A stretch of 64,000 nucleotides of DNA from a virus. Made by a program: the position numbers and the translations under genes. Below, piece by piece: positions 1-8,193 of this stretch; the stretch's first letter is position 1, and each line of letters begins with the position of its first letter. The DNA lies in IMG/VR virus record IMGVR_UViG_3300009605_000021, positions 6,976 to 70,975 of that record. The stretch is one strand, 5' to 3'. Under the pieces are notes generated by a model, which saw only the letters and a program-made list of their open reading frames with translations, searched no databases and was not told where the DNA came from.

Positions 1-1765
1 TAGGCGTGACCTGGAGAGGTACATACGGAGCATATACATATCCGCTCTCGAGGAACGAACCACCTTTACGACCAATAAGAACAACGTTCCTGAGGAAGTA
101 AGGATCTACATATATATCCCATTTCTTGCTAAGACTACCTGTCTTAATAGTACCAACTGTGCCTCTGTCAGTATCACCTGTTACGTCAGCACGGAAACCA
201 GAGGTAAACTCTAGAATATTGGCGACTTCAGGTCCTACTACAATGAAGTTAGCTCCGCCTCGAAGCGTCTTACGATGAATCTGAGCGGATACGTCATTGA
301 TGGTTTCGACAAGAGTCTCATACCATTCAGACACGGTACCAGTAAAGTCAGCACCAAGAAGTGACTCATTATTGAGGTTACTAATCGGTTGACCATTGGT
401 ACGATCAAGGAACTTACCAGGTCGGCGAGACCAATGATAAGTGCTAGCAGTGGAACCCTTAACGAGATCTTCGAGGATCTCGCGGTCAATCTCAAGAGCA
501 ATTTGCTCAGAGAGAATGCCAGTAAGTTCTACTTCAGCATCAAGATTGTGGTAAGCATTGAGATCTTGACCAAGCTCTGGGGTCCATTTGGCCTTGAGCT
601 TTTTGGTGATAGCCGTGACAGACACGCTGTCTACCTTGATATCAATCTCAGGGATACCTTCATCTTTTTCCAGTCCCCATGGTTCGAGACCAACAACAGC
701 ACCAACTGCATTGGTTGAACCAGCAGCAACAGAAGTACTATTGAAAGCGTCTGCAAGCGCATATTCGTATTGCAGACTCAAGGGGTTGTCAGCGGCGCTA
801 GCCAGTCCCATACCATACTGATGCAAACCAGTCTCATTGGTAGTATCAGTGGCGAAGAACAAGAGAATGTGATCTTTCTTGGAACCACTGAACTGAGTCA
901 AACGACGAACCACCTTCATTGAGCCTGACATTCCATAATCTGTACCTTCTTTCGCAACAATGCTTTGCAAATTGGCCTCATTGAGATTCGGGAAAGTATC
1001 GGAGTTATTAGGAACTCTAATGACACACACGTTGGTTGTTCCCGACGTGAAATCAGGGTCGAAACGACAAAGCGCATCGAACTCAGCTTGAGAGTTAACA
1101 CCATCTGGCACATCATCAGAACCAGGTAGCTTGCCACCAAATGTACCGGAAGCAACAACGCCGGCGTTGGTAGCGTGATGTCCGCCGGCGACGTTGGCCC
1201 AAGTTTCAAAAGCGTGGCCGGATGTTCCGGCGGCGATGCCTCCGCTAGAACCAGTCGGTGAAGAATAGCCCTGATTAAGATTGTAAGGTCCTAAGCTGAC
1301 ATTCTCGTCACCAAGGTTAACACCACCGGTGATTTCCACACCGACGACGCCGCCGCCATAAAGCGAATTCGCAGTACCGGGAGTACCTTGAATACCATCT
1401 AGGTCAGCATTCAAACCTAAGCGGTTTGAGGTATGCTGGAAGTCCAGGAAGAAGATGAGACCCGAAGGGAGACTCATCGGTTGCACTGACACAAGGTCAT
1501 TTGCAATGAGTGAACCGAATACTCGGCGCACGATTGGGAATGCAACAGCAGCAAAGCCTTCTACATCACCAGTATGCATAGCGGAAGCTTCACGAAGAAG
1601 TTCCCTAGCTTGGTTTTCTAGAAGACGAGACATGCTCTGTCGCGTAGCATCGTTAGTGAGACCTTCAAGAAGTCCAGTGTTTTCCCACTTTTCAAGTAGT
1701 GCAGCACCTTCCCTCTGGAGGTCACGATTAACAATGCCTTCAGTTAATTTATCTAATACAGACAT
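1..1765 (-). CDS. Major capsid protein, T4 gp23-like (3' end beyond the window edge)
   Basis: Absent from the ORF track; both ends translated by hand. ATG at 1765 with AAGGAGG SD gives MSVLDKLTEG...LLEKWENTGLLEG...LLENQ...AFPIVRRVFGSLIANDLVSVQPMSLPSGLIFFLDF. The same frame at the window edge reads YVDPYFLRNVVLIGRKGGSFLESGYVYAPYVPLQVTP. These are gp23 hallmark motifs. Confidence 0.96.
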   Translation of the reverse strand, partial: MSVLDKLTEGIVNRDLQREGAALLEKWENTGLLEGLTNDATRQSMSRLLENQARELLREASAMHTGDVEGFAAVAFPIVRRVFGSLIANDLVSVQPMSLPSGLIFFLDFQHTSNRLGLNADLDGIQGTPGTANSLYGGGVVGVEITGGVNLGDENVSLGPYNLNQGYSSPTGSSGGIAAGTSGHAFETWANVAGGHHATNAGVVASGTFGGKLPGSDDVPDGVNSQAEFDALCRFDPDFTSGTTNVCVIRVPNNSDTFPNLNEANLQSIVAKEGTDYGMSGSMKVVRRLTQFSGSKKDHILLFFATDTTNETGLHQYGMGLASAADNPLSLQYEYALADAFNSTSVAAGSTNAVGAVVGLEPWGLEKDEGIPEIDIKVDSVSVTAITKKLKAKWTPELGQDLNAYHNLDAEVELTGILSEQIALEIDREILEDLVKGSTASTYHWSRRPGKFLDRTNGQPISNLNNESLLGADFTGTVSEWYETLVETINDVSAQIHRKTLRGGANFIVVGPEVANILEFTSGFRADVTGDTDRGTVGTIKTGSLSKKWDIYVDPYFLRNVVLIGRKGGSFLESGYVYAPYVPLQVTP

Positions 1766-1785
1766 TTTTAAATCCTCCTTATAAA

Positions 1786-2763
1786 TTATTTAATACCTGC
1801 TAAAGTCTTCCACCTATCATTAAGTGGAGCACTTTTCCTTCCCTCTTTTCTGCGAGGAATGGTTGTTGAAGAGTTTCGTTTGACTGCTTCGCTCAGTGAT
1901 TGCGGATTACGCTTGCGCGAACTTCCCACTGCGCTTTGAAGAGTTTCATAAATAACTTTACTCTCCTCAACAGAACCGGCTTTAGATAGAGCTTCGACAA
2001 CTTTAATTTTTTGTCGCTCATTCAGGGAGGTGCTACCCAACACGCGATTCGTGTACAAAAGCTTGGCATTTGAAAGATTCACTTCTTCGAGTCTTTCTTT
2101 CACCTGCACAAGCAAGTTCTTATATTTTTTGTTTTGCTCAAAAAGAGTCTTTTTATCTTTTTGGAGCTTTTTAATTGATTCTTTCAATTTTTTGTTTTCT
2201 TTCTTTGTCTCTTCGTCTTCGTCTTCATCGCCCTGTGCTTCTTGAGCAAGAGCAATGTCTTCGTTTTCTTCATCAAGAGTTGCGTTTGAAGCGCCGCCGG
2301 CTTGACCAGTTGGTACGTTTTTGGGGAGACCAGTAATTTTTTCAATGATGGAAGCTAGTTGTTCTTCTGTAAGCTCAACTGCTTCTTCGTCGTTGTCTTC
2401 TTCTTCAGTCTCAGCATCGTCCTCTTCCAATACGTCTTCATCGAGTTCTCTTGTCAATTCTTCAGCCAACTTATCCAAGTCGATATCGACCTCTTGGTCT
2501 TCCTCGAGGGCTTCTTCTTGATAGTGAGCATGTGGAACACTATCAAACTGATCTTCTGTTTCTTCTAGAGGCTCTTCACCAGGCATTGGCATTGGCATAG
2601 GCGGAGGCATCATGGGCGCCTCCTGCTCTAAAAGAGAATTAACAGCCTTTTCAACTTCAGTAGAATATCTTTCGAGAATAGTAGATTCTGCGCTTTTTAA
2701 AGCTGCTTCTTTCAAGGTTTCTGCATCAACAATTGCTTGTTCTAACATGCTAGTATTCGACAT
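1786..2763 (-). CDS. Prohead core/scaffolding protein, gp22-like
   Basis: Acidic, coiled-coil protein with many L-x-E sites, directly upstream of the capsid gene; AGGAG SD; C-terminal RWKTLAGIK. Confidence 0.8.
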   Translation of the reverse strand: MSNTSMLEQAIVDAETLKEAALKSAESTILERYSTEVEKAVNSLLEQEAPMMPPPMPMPMPGEEPLEETEDQFDSVPHAHYQEEALEEDQEVDIDLDKLAEELTRELDEDVLEEDDAETEEEDNDEEAVELTEEQLASIIEKITGLPKNVPTGQAGGASNATLDEENEDIALAQEAQGDEDEDEETKKENKKLKESIKKLQKDKKTLFEQNKKYKNLLVQVKERLEEVNLSNAKLLYTNRVLGSTSLNERQKIKVVEALSKAGSVEESKVIYETLQSAVGSSRKRNPQSLSEAVKRNSSTTIPRRKEGRKSAPLNDRWKTLAGIK

Positions 2764-2789
2764 ATTTTGTCTCCTGATACGTATCTAAG

Positions 2790-2798
2790 ATAAATAGT
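2790..2798 (-). promoter_or_regulatory. Candidate late-promoter motif ACTATTTAT
   Basis: 26 nt upstream of the scaffold ATG; the same motif recurs upstream of several structural genes. Confidence 0.55.
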
Positions 2799-2873
2799 AG
2801 CATAAACGTTAAAATGCCATATTATAATACGGTTCTACTGGTTTTCGAGTTTCGCTTCTAATTCCTCAATAAT

Positions 2874-3782
2874 TTATAGCGCTATCCAAGTGAGGTTCAC
2901 AACTGAGTTGTCGGCGAGGTGCGAGCCGGTAGAATTATAAATGTTGATGACGAAGGAGCCTTCGACAATGGCCCAAGTGGAGAAAGAGGCGAGGGCGACG
3001 AGTGTGTCGTTGGCGGTGTCCATTATCTGAAGCAGTACGACGTCACCATCTTTAATTTTATTGCTCACAATCTTGAGGCTCGCACTGGTGCTGGTGTCTA
3101 GTTGCGCGCCAAGAGTAATCGTAAGAAACCCACTCCTTGTGTTAGAGGTAAGTGAGCACAAGCCCCCGCAATTATTACTAGCTCCCAGATCGACAGGGGT
3201 AGAGATGATGCCGCCTTCAGACCAAGCGGTATGGCCACGCGTGTCTACACCAATGTTAAAGTTCGCACCACTAACTCCAGCCACGGTGTGGGTGATCCAA
3301 TCCCATTGATCAGTTTGAAAACTATTCGGCCCGTCAACCTCAACCATGCCTTTGACACCCATAATTGAAATTCTGTCGCCGTTGCTAAGGCCATGGCCAG
3401 CGGCTGTTATTACGCCTGGGTTAGCAACTGTTATTCCAGTAATGAGGGTGGGGGCTTTCGGCGTGTGTCCGCCGATAGCAAGGGTGGTCACTCCACCCAG
3501 CGACACGCCAGTGGACGTGGTTTCAATCGCGGCGTCTAAGGATCCGTCTTTAAGGGTGAGAACGTTGGCGGATCCATAATCACGAATAACAAAATCATCC
3601 CCGGCGGCGTGTGAGTTTTTCACTTGCCAATATGTCTGATTGTCCTTCTGCAGCTGGAATCCTGAATCGAAGCCGGCGGCGGAGTTGATTTCGAGGAATG
3701 TGTGTGCACTACCGCTGACGATCAACGAAGGTAAATTAGTATTACTTGGGTTCGGGCCACTGCCTCCTCCTGGTCCTGACAT
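2874..3782 (-). CDS. Virion fibre/decoration-like protein with an E1-FCCH-like beta domain
   Basis: ITGITVANPGVITAAGHGLSNGDRISIMGVKGMVEVDG resembles the FCCH-like repeat seen in phage structural proteins; Gly/Thr/Ser-rich. Confidence 0.55.
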   Translation of the reverse strand: MSGPGGGSGPNPSNTNLPSLIVSGSAHTFLEINSAAGFDSGFQLQKDNQTYWQVKNSHAAGDDFVIRDYGSANVLTLKDGSLDAAIETTSTGVSLGGVTTLAIGGHTPKAPTLITGITVANPGVITAAGHGLSNGDRISIMGVKGMVEVDGPNSFQTDQWDWITHTVAGVSGANFNIGVDTRGHTAWSEGGIISTPVDLGASNNCGGLCSLTSNTRSGFLTITLGAQLDTSTSASLKIVSNKIKDGDVVLLQIMDTANDTLVALASFSTWAIVEGSFVINIYNSTGSHLADNSVVNLTWIAL

Positions 3783-3795
3783 TTAATTAATCTCC

Positions 3796-4284
3796 TTATT
3801 GATTCGATTCATTCCAGTTTGGATCCTGTGGTCCCAATGTAATTCCTGAACCGGTGAGTATGTACATTTCTTCAGTAGAAATCGATGTCAATTCTGCATA
3901 GACTTCGTAGGACCCCTCAGTAGCTCCATCAGCATTATAAATATATATTTCTTTACATTTGCAACGAAATGTAAAAGAGTCGCGATCTTCAGTAAGAGTC
4001 ACATAATGTAGACCATCGAAAGTGCCGCCATCTTTGCAACTACCTGGCGGTGCAGCATCTCCAAAGTACACCCTTAAAGTCGTCCCTGCTTTATTCCAAA
4101 CCACAACCTCTCTCGCAACTCTGGGAAATTCGATTTTGTGTTGTGTCGTAATTGGGATACTAGCAGCACCAGTTAAATATGGGGTACCAGCAACCAAATA
4201 TGATGCAGCATTCCCTAATCCAGCTCTTGGATACGAGTGCGTCCAACCTCGGTCATGTGGTGGATCTGGTGGCAAATTCGGCAT
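3796..4284 (-). CDS. Hypothetical protein, probably virion-associated
   Basis: 162 aa, AGGAG SD, beta-rich, inside the head gene cluster, preceded by ACTAATTAA. Confidence 0.6.
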   Translation of the reverse strand: MPNLPPDPPHDRGWTHSYPRAGLGNAASYLVAGTPYLTGAASIPITTQHKIEFPRVAREVVVWNKAGTTLRVYFGDAAPPGSCKDGGTFDGLHYVTLTEDRDSFTFRCKCKEIYIYNADGATEGSYEVYAELTSISTEEMYILTGSGITLGPQDPNWNESNQ

Positions 4285-4303
4285 TTTCTTCTCCTATTGT
4301 TTA

Positions 4304-4516
4304 TTAATTAGTTTCTTGTTTGGCTTTCAACTTGTCCAAAGTGGCTTTTCTTCTCTTTTTCATCCTTCTTTTTATAACAGAAGGTTTCTCATAATACATT
4401 CTTTCTCGAAGGTCATCTATGATTCTTTCTTTCTTAACTTTTTTGACAAATCTCTTTATAGCTCTCTCGATGTTGTCGCCTTTTTTAATTTTTGTTTCCA
4501 CGTTAGCTGGTTTCAT
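4304..4516 (-). CDS. rpsU: Phage-encoded 30S ribosomal protein bS21
   Basis: 70-aa basic protein, GDNIERAIKRFVKKVKKERII..LRERMYYEKPS..KRR, matching the S21 signature. Confidence 0.92.
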   Translation of the reverse strand: MKPANVETKIKKGDNIERAIKRFVKKVKKERIIDDLRERMYYEKPSVIKRRMKKRRKATLDKLKAKQETN

Positions 4517-4520
4517 GTCT

Positions 4521-4952
4521 TCATCTCTTCGTTAATGCTTTCCAAGTGTTAGCATTCCCCATCAAGTTTGATATGTCCACGCCTGAATCACCTGGATCTA
4601 CACCAGATAAAGGCCCTTGTGGTGAAGTAGCTTCTCCTGGTGCGCCGGCTTGCGCTACTGGCGTTGTACCTTCAAACAAATCAACCCCATTATATGAACT
4701 TTTGCCAATAGCGTCTAACATCTTCTTTCTTGTTTCGTTGATCTTTTGAGTGTTCTTTTGTTGCTGTTCCAGTTGCAATTTTTTAATTTCATCGTTGTCG
4801 CGTTTTTGTTCAACAACCACTTGCTGCGTCGATCCCAAACCTTTCACAACCTCAGAGATAATACCAGACAATATGCCCTCTTCAAAGAGAGCTTCACGAA
4901 TACACTCTTTTATCATGGGTTTTAACACTTTCTTGAGTTCTGATTTTTTCAT
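4521..4952 (-). CDS. Hypothetical head-cluster protein
   Basis: 143 aa; N-terminus MKKSELKKVLKPMIKECIREAL loosely resembles the recurring tag. Confidence 0.7.
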   Translation of the reverse strand: MKKSELKKVLKPMIKECIREALFEEGILSGIISEVVKGLGSTQQVVVEQKRDNDEIKKLQLEQQQKNTQKINETRKKMLDAIGKSSYNGVDLFEGTTPVAQAGAPGEATSPQGPLSGVDPGDSGVDISNLMGNANTWKALTKR

Positions 4953-4963
4953 TTAATTTCCTG

Positions 4964-5872
4964 TTAGCGGAATGGATTTAGCTTTAAAAATTTTTTATGC
5001 AACGTAGTGCTGCCTCCACTATGTCTAAAAGATACAGATTCGACACTTTTATCATTCCATTTTTCTTTCGACACTTTGCCACAAGTACCTGGCTTGACAA
5101 TTATGTTTTCAAACCCAGTGTCTTCTCTCACGCAAACTTTAACTTCTTCTGTCTCTAATTTTGATTTTTCCTTCAAAACGTTTTCAAGTTCTTCTTTAAT
5201 AATTTGTTTAAGTTGTGATTTTGTTAGTTTCATGTTTTTATTTTCATAATATTCTCCACTAGTTGCATCCCCTTTCGCGAGACTTAAAGCTGCGCCGGTG
5301 GCGTAATCTCGCTCGTGGCCCGGGCTTGCGCCCATGGTTGCCTTTGCAAGAAATTTTTCAAGGCCCGGATATTCCGAGTAAGCTGCGACGACGATATCGT
5401 TTATTTGCTTCCGCGTGGCGTTGCGTTCCTCTACCGCTGCACTAAGCTTTTCTTTCATTGCATTAAGTTTTGCAACGTTCTCCTTATATCTAGGTTTTCC
5501 GTGTTCTTGGCGTGAGCGGTCGGTGTCGCTTTGTTGAGCTTTGATCTCACTTTTTTGAGCTTCAATCTCTTCTGCAGAAGGAGCATTATTTGCCACATCG
5601 GCGGCCTCTTCAAACCCTGGATATCCAAAAATAAGTGGGAGCCACTCCTGCATTTCTTGTGACTGCGCAATTTGTCTAGGCTGATCTTTATATTGTTTGT
5701 ATAAGGCAATGGCGTTCTGGGCAGCAGGCAGCAATCTTGATAAACCTTTTCTCGCCAGACCTGCGATGCCGCGACCAACAATGCCAGGGGTTTCCGACCA
5801 GTCACGCTCCTTCAAAACGTTTTCAAGCTCTTCTTTGATAATTTTCTTTAGCTGTGACTTAGTTAATTTCAT
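4964..5872 (-). CDS. Tagged two-module protein (putative internal head cargo)
   Basis: Two copies of MKLTKSQLK(K/Q)IIKEELENVLKE, one N-terminal and one internal; start overlaps the protease stop (ATGA). Confidence 0.75.
   Translation of the reverse strand: MKLTKSQLKKIIKEELENVLKERDWSETPGIVGRGIAGLARKGLSRLLPAAQNAIALYKQYKDQPRQIAQSQEMQEWLPLIFGYPGFEEAADVANNAPSAEEIEAQKSEIKAQQSDTDRSRQEHGKPRYKENVAKLNAMKEKLSAAVEERNATRKQINDIVVAAYSEYPGLEKFLAKATMGASPGHERDYATGAALSLAKGDATSGEYYENKNMKLTKSQLKQIIKEELENVLKEKSKLETEEVKVCVREDTGFENIIVKPGTCGKVSKEKWNDKSVESVSFRHSGGSTTLHKKFLKLNPFR
5169..5872. repeat. Imperfect 65-bp direct repeat (5169-5233 and 5808-5872) encoding the tag
   Basis: 56/65 identical by manual alignment, including an exact 20-nt run; differences mostly synonymous. 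Confidence 0.9.
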
Positions 5873-6498
5873 TTGTCGCTCTCTCCTCTCAAGACATCAT
5901 TTAAAGCACGATTAATTCGATCCGCTTTTGTAAAAACACCCTTTATAGCACCTTCATTAATCTGGGGTGTCGTCATATAAGCACCAGATGTTGAAGGCTC
6001 CGAAACCATATCAAAACAAATTAATTGAAAGTCGTCTTCGACAATTGTGTCGCCATTCACCTCGTTCACAGAACCCATTCCTCTAGAAGAAATACCTAGT
6101 TTGACGCCGGCACTAGCAAGCTCTTTCAATACTTGACCAGCTGGAGTATTCAAAACCTGAATTTTTCCCATTACAGCGCTATCATCGCCCTTGTCCCACC
6201 AAATTTCTGTTATAAGATGAGAAGCGTTTCTAAGATTAATGACTGAATCTTCTGGATGATCTAGTTCCCCCAATGCTCTTCTTTCTTTAACAAGTTTTTG
6301 ATAGTTTTTAACTTCTCTTTCTAAAATATTCTTGCTATATACGCGGCCATTGCCATTTTTTGCATCGGCTCTTTGCATAACACCAGTAAGAAACACATGG
6401 CCTTCTTTGACCATTTTTTTCTCAGCTTCAGTCAAAAAGTCTTGGCAAACTCCGCCTTCGCAAAGTTCATAGTATTCTCTTAATAATAGTTTTGACAT
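5869..6498 (-). CDS. Prohead core protease, T4 gp21-like
   Basis: QRADAKNGNGRVY, ALGELDHP, SHLI, GISSRGMGS and DMVSEPS motifs. Confidence 0.95.
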   Translation of the reverse strand: MSKLLLREYYELCEGGVCQDFLTEAEKKMVKEGHVFLTGVMQRADAKNGNGRVYSKNILEREVKNYQKLVKERRALGELDHPEDSVINLRNASHLITEIWWDKGDDSAVMGKIQVLNTPAGQVLKELASAGVKLGISSRGMGSVNEVNGDTIVEDDFQLICFDMVSEPSTSGAYMTTPQINEGAIKGVFTKADRINRALNDVLRGESDK

Positions 6499-6501
6499 CA
6501 G

Positions 6502-6570
6502 TCACGATCCTTTACAACAATGTCTTACCGGTTGTAGCATCCATTTAGCCGTCCAAATATCTGTGTTCAT
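6502..6570 (-). CDS. Small 22-aa ORF MNTDIWTAKWMLQPVRHCCKGS
   Basis: GGAG SD 6 nt upstream; fills the gap between two genes; in frame with the protease gene (TGA CTG ATG). Confidence 0.5.
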   Translation of the reverse strand: MNTDIWTAKWMLQPVRHCCKGS

Positions 6571-6841
6571 GTTTAACTCCGTTATCTCCAAATAATGTGC
6601 AAAAAATATAAGATGTGCCGGAACTTAGGCACCCCAGTAAGAAATAATTAATGACATTATTATCAAATGTAAATAGTTCTGTATATCTGTTTATTCCTAC
6701 TAAAAACACACCAACCCAAAAGCCCATGCACATGGGACAATGAAAAAAATGATGCTCTGGTCTTAACCTATCAAATATCGACCCATAAACTAAAATTTGC
6801 GTCATTCCGTAGGCACAAAGAATAAAATATACTAATCCCAA
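6545..6841 (-). CDS. Small membrane protein with a CPMC motif (DUF1360-like)
   Basis: Three hydrophobic segments; FHCPMCMGFWVG. Confidence 0.65.
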   Translation of the reverse strand: MGLVYFILCAYGMTQILVYGSIFDRLRPEHHFFHCPMCMGFWVGVFLVGINRYTELFTFDNNVINYFLLGCLSSGTSYIFCTLFGDNGVKHEHRYLDG

Positions 6842-6842
6842 T

Positions 6843-7373
6843 TTAATACCTATAATGTGAGGTCATGCCATATGGCCCACGAATATATCCAGGAATAAGA
6901 GAGCCTTTTCTATCTTCGTGTGGGATTTCTCCAAGCTCTGTTGAGTGCTCCGTGTCGGGCGACAACAAGTCATCTTCATATGTGTCTTCAGTTTGATTTC
7001 TTGTTGAAAAGTTTTCCAATTCTTCTTTAAGAAAGTTACTTATAGAATATAAAACAGACTGCATTGAATCGATATTCTCATCGGCCGACTTCAATACTGT
7101 GGCCTCCATTGAGCCATAGATATTTCCGCCTTGTACACTTTCAAGTAAAATAACACCTTTATTTCTCAAAAATTCAAAAAGTCGATCTTGTGCTTCATAT
7201 ACTCTTTCTGAAAATATTTTTTTTGCAAAAGAAAGCACCTTTCCTTTTTGCGGCATTAAAACAATATCAATATCTTCATGATCAAAAATCATAAGATTGC
7301 CATCTAGACTTTTTCTAGCATTTAAAGAGATGGTTTCTTGAGTCGTGCTTCCAATAGTTATTTTAATGTCCAT
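6843..7373 (-). CDS. Hypothetical protein
   Basis: 176 aa, acidic C-terminus, coupled to both neighbours. Confidence 0.75.
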   Translation of the reverse strand: MDIKITIGSTTQETISLNARKSLDGNLMIFDHEDIDIVLMPQKGKVLSFAKKIFSERVYEAQDRLFEFLRNKGVILLESVQGGNIYGSMEATVLKSADENIDSMQSVLYSISNFLKEELENFSTRNQTEDTYEDDLLSPDTEHSTELGEIPHEDRKGSLIPGYIRGPYGMTSHYRY

Positions 7374-8193
7374 TGTCTTGAATCTCTTTTGCTAAATTTT
7401 GAATTTTAAGAACTCTCATAATCATATCTTTGTTGACTTTTTCTTTTTTAAAATTCTCTAAAATTTGTAAAATCTTTTTTGCTTTTTTGCCCATGTCTGA
7501 GTCTTGTTTCATGTCTTCAGAGTTCAAAGAGTCAACAATAGTCTCTTTTAACCTAGAAAGTTCTTCATTCAAAAATATCTTTAGTTCGATCCCATTATCA
7601 ACAAAAGAAGAAATATATTTGCCTAAAAGTTCTTTTTGTTCTGCAATCAATTTTGACGAATATTCTGAATTAAATCTTTTTATGAAAGACTTGAACACCA
7701 AATTGTCAATAGGTTTTACTTTTAATCCATTTTCTGATAACTTGTTTGACATTTTTTTGACTAAAGCCTGTTCTAACAAAATACGTTTTTTAACTGGGGT
7801 TTCTTCATTGAATATCTGGTATACTGTTGCCAAACTTTTATAATTTGGAACAAAGTTGGAAAAAACAGACTTTGAAAGAAGTGAATTAATTTTTTTAATT
7901 AGGGTGCTCTGTTCAGTAAACAATTTTTTTCCATCAATTTTAGAATGTTCTTGCTTAATTTCATAAATTAACTTTTCCGCTATGTGCGGTTCCATATCAT
8001 AAGTTTCGCAAAGCGCTTTATATAATTTTAATTCTTTGTATAAAAGAGAATTCTTTTCAAAATGTTCTTTTACAATGGAAACAAGCTCGTCCTTTAGTTC
8101 TATATTTTTTCCTATAACCGCTTTAGTTAGTTCTTTAATCAACGTTTCATAAAGAAAAGCAGTATTACGTTTCTTGTTGTGTTTTGACTTCAT
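7363..8193 (-). CDS. Hypothetical helical protein downstream of the portal
   Basis: 276 aa; begins KHNKKRNTAFLYE; overlaps the portal stop. Confidence 0.75.
   Translation of the reverse strand: MKSKHNKKRNTAFLYETLIKELTKAVIGKNIELKDELVSIVKEHFEKNSLLYKELKLYKALCETYDMEPHIAEKLIYEIKQEHSKIDGKKLFTEQSTLIKKINSLLSKSVFSNFVPNYKSLATVYQIFNEETPVKKRILLEQALVKKMSNKLSENGLKVKPIDNLVFKSFIKRFNSEYSSKLIAEQKELLGKYISSFVDNGIELKIFLNEELSRLKETIVDSLNSEDMKQDSDMGKKAKKILQILENFKKEKVNKDMIMRVLKIQNLAKEIQDNGH

Noticed and set aside
238-1784. Short track ORFs on both strands in the first 1.8 kb
   Set aside because: Shadows of the major capsid gene, which the track missed because it runs off the window.
2581-2616. Short (ggcatt)-like repeat in the scaffold gene
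   Set aside because: Encodes a PMPMP low-complexity linker only.
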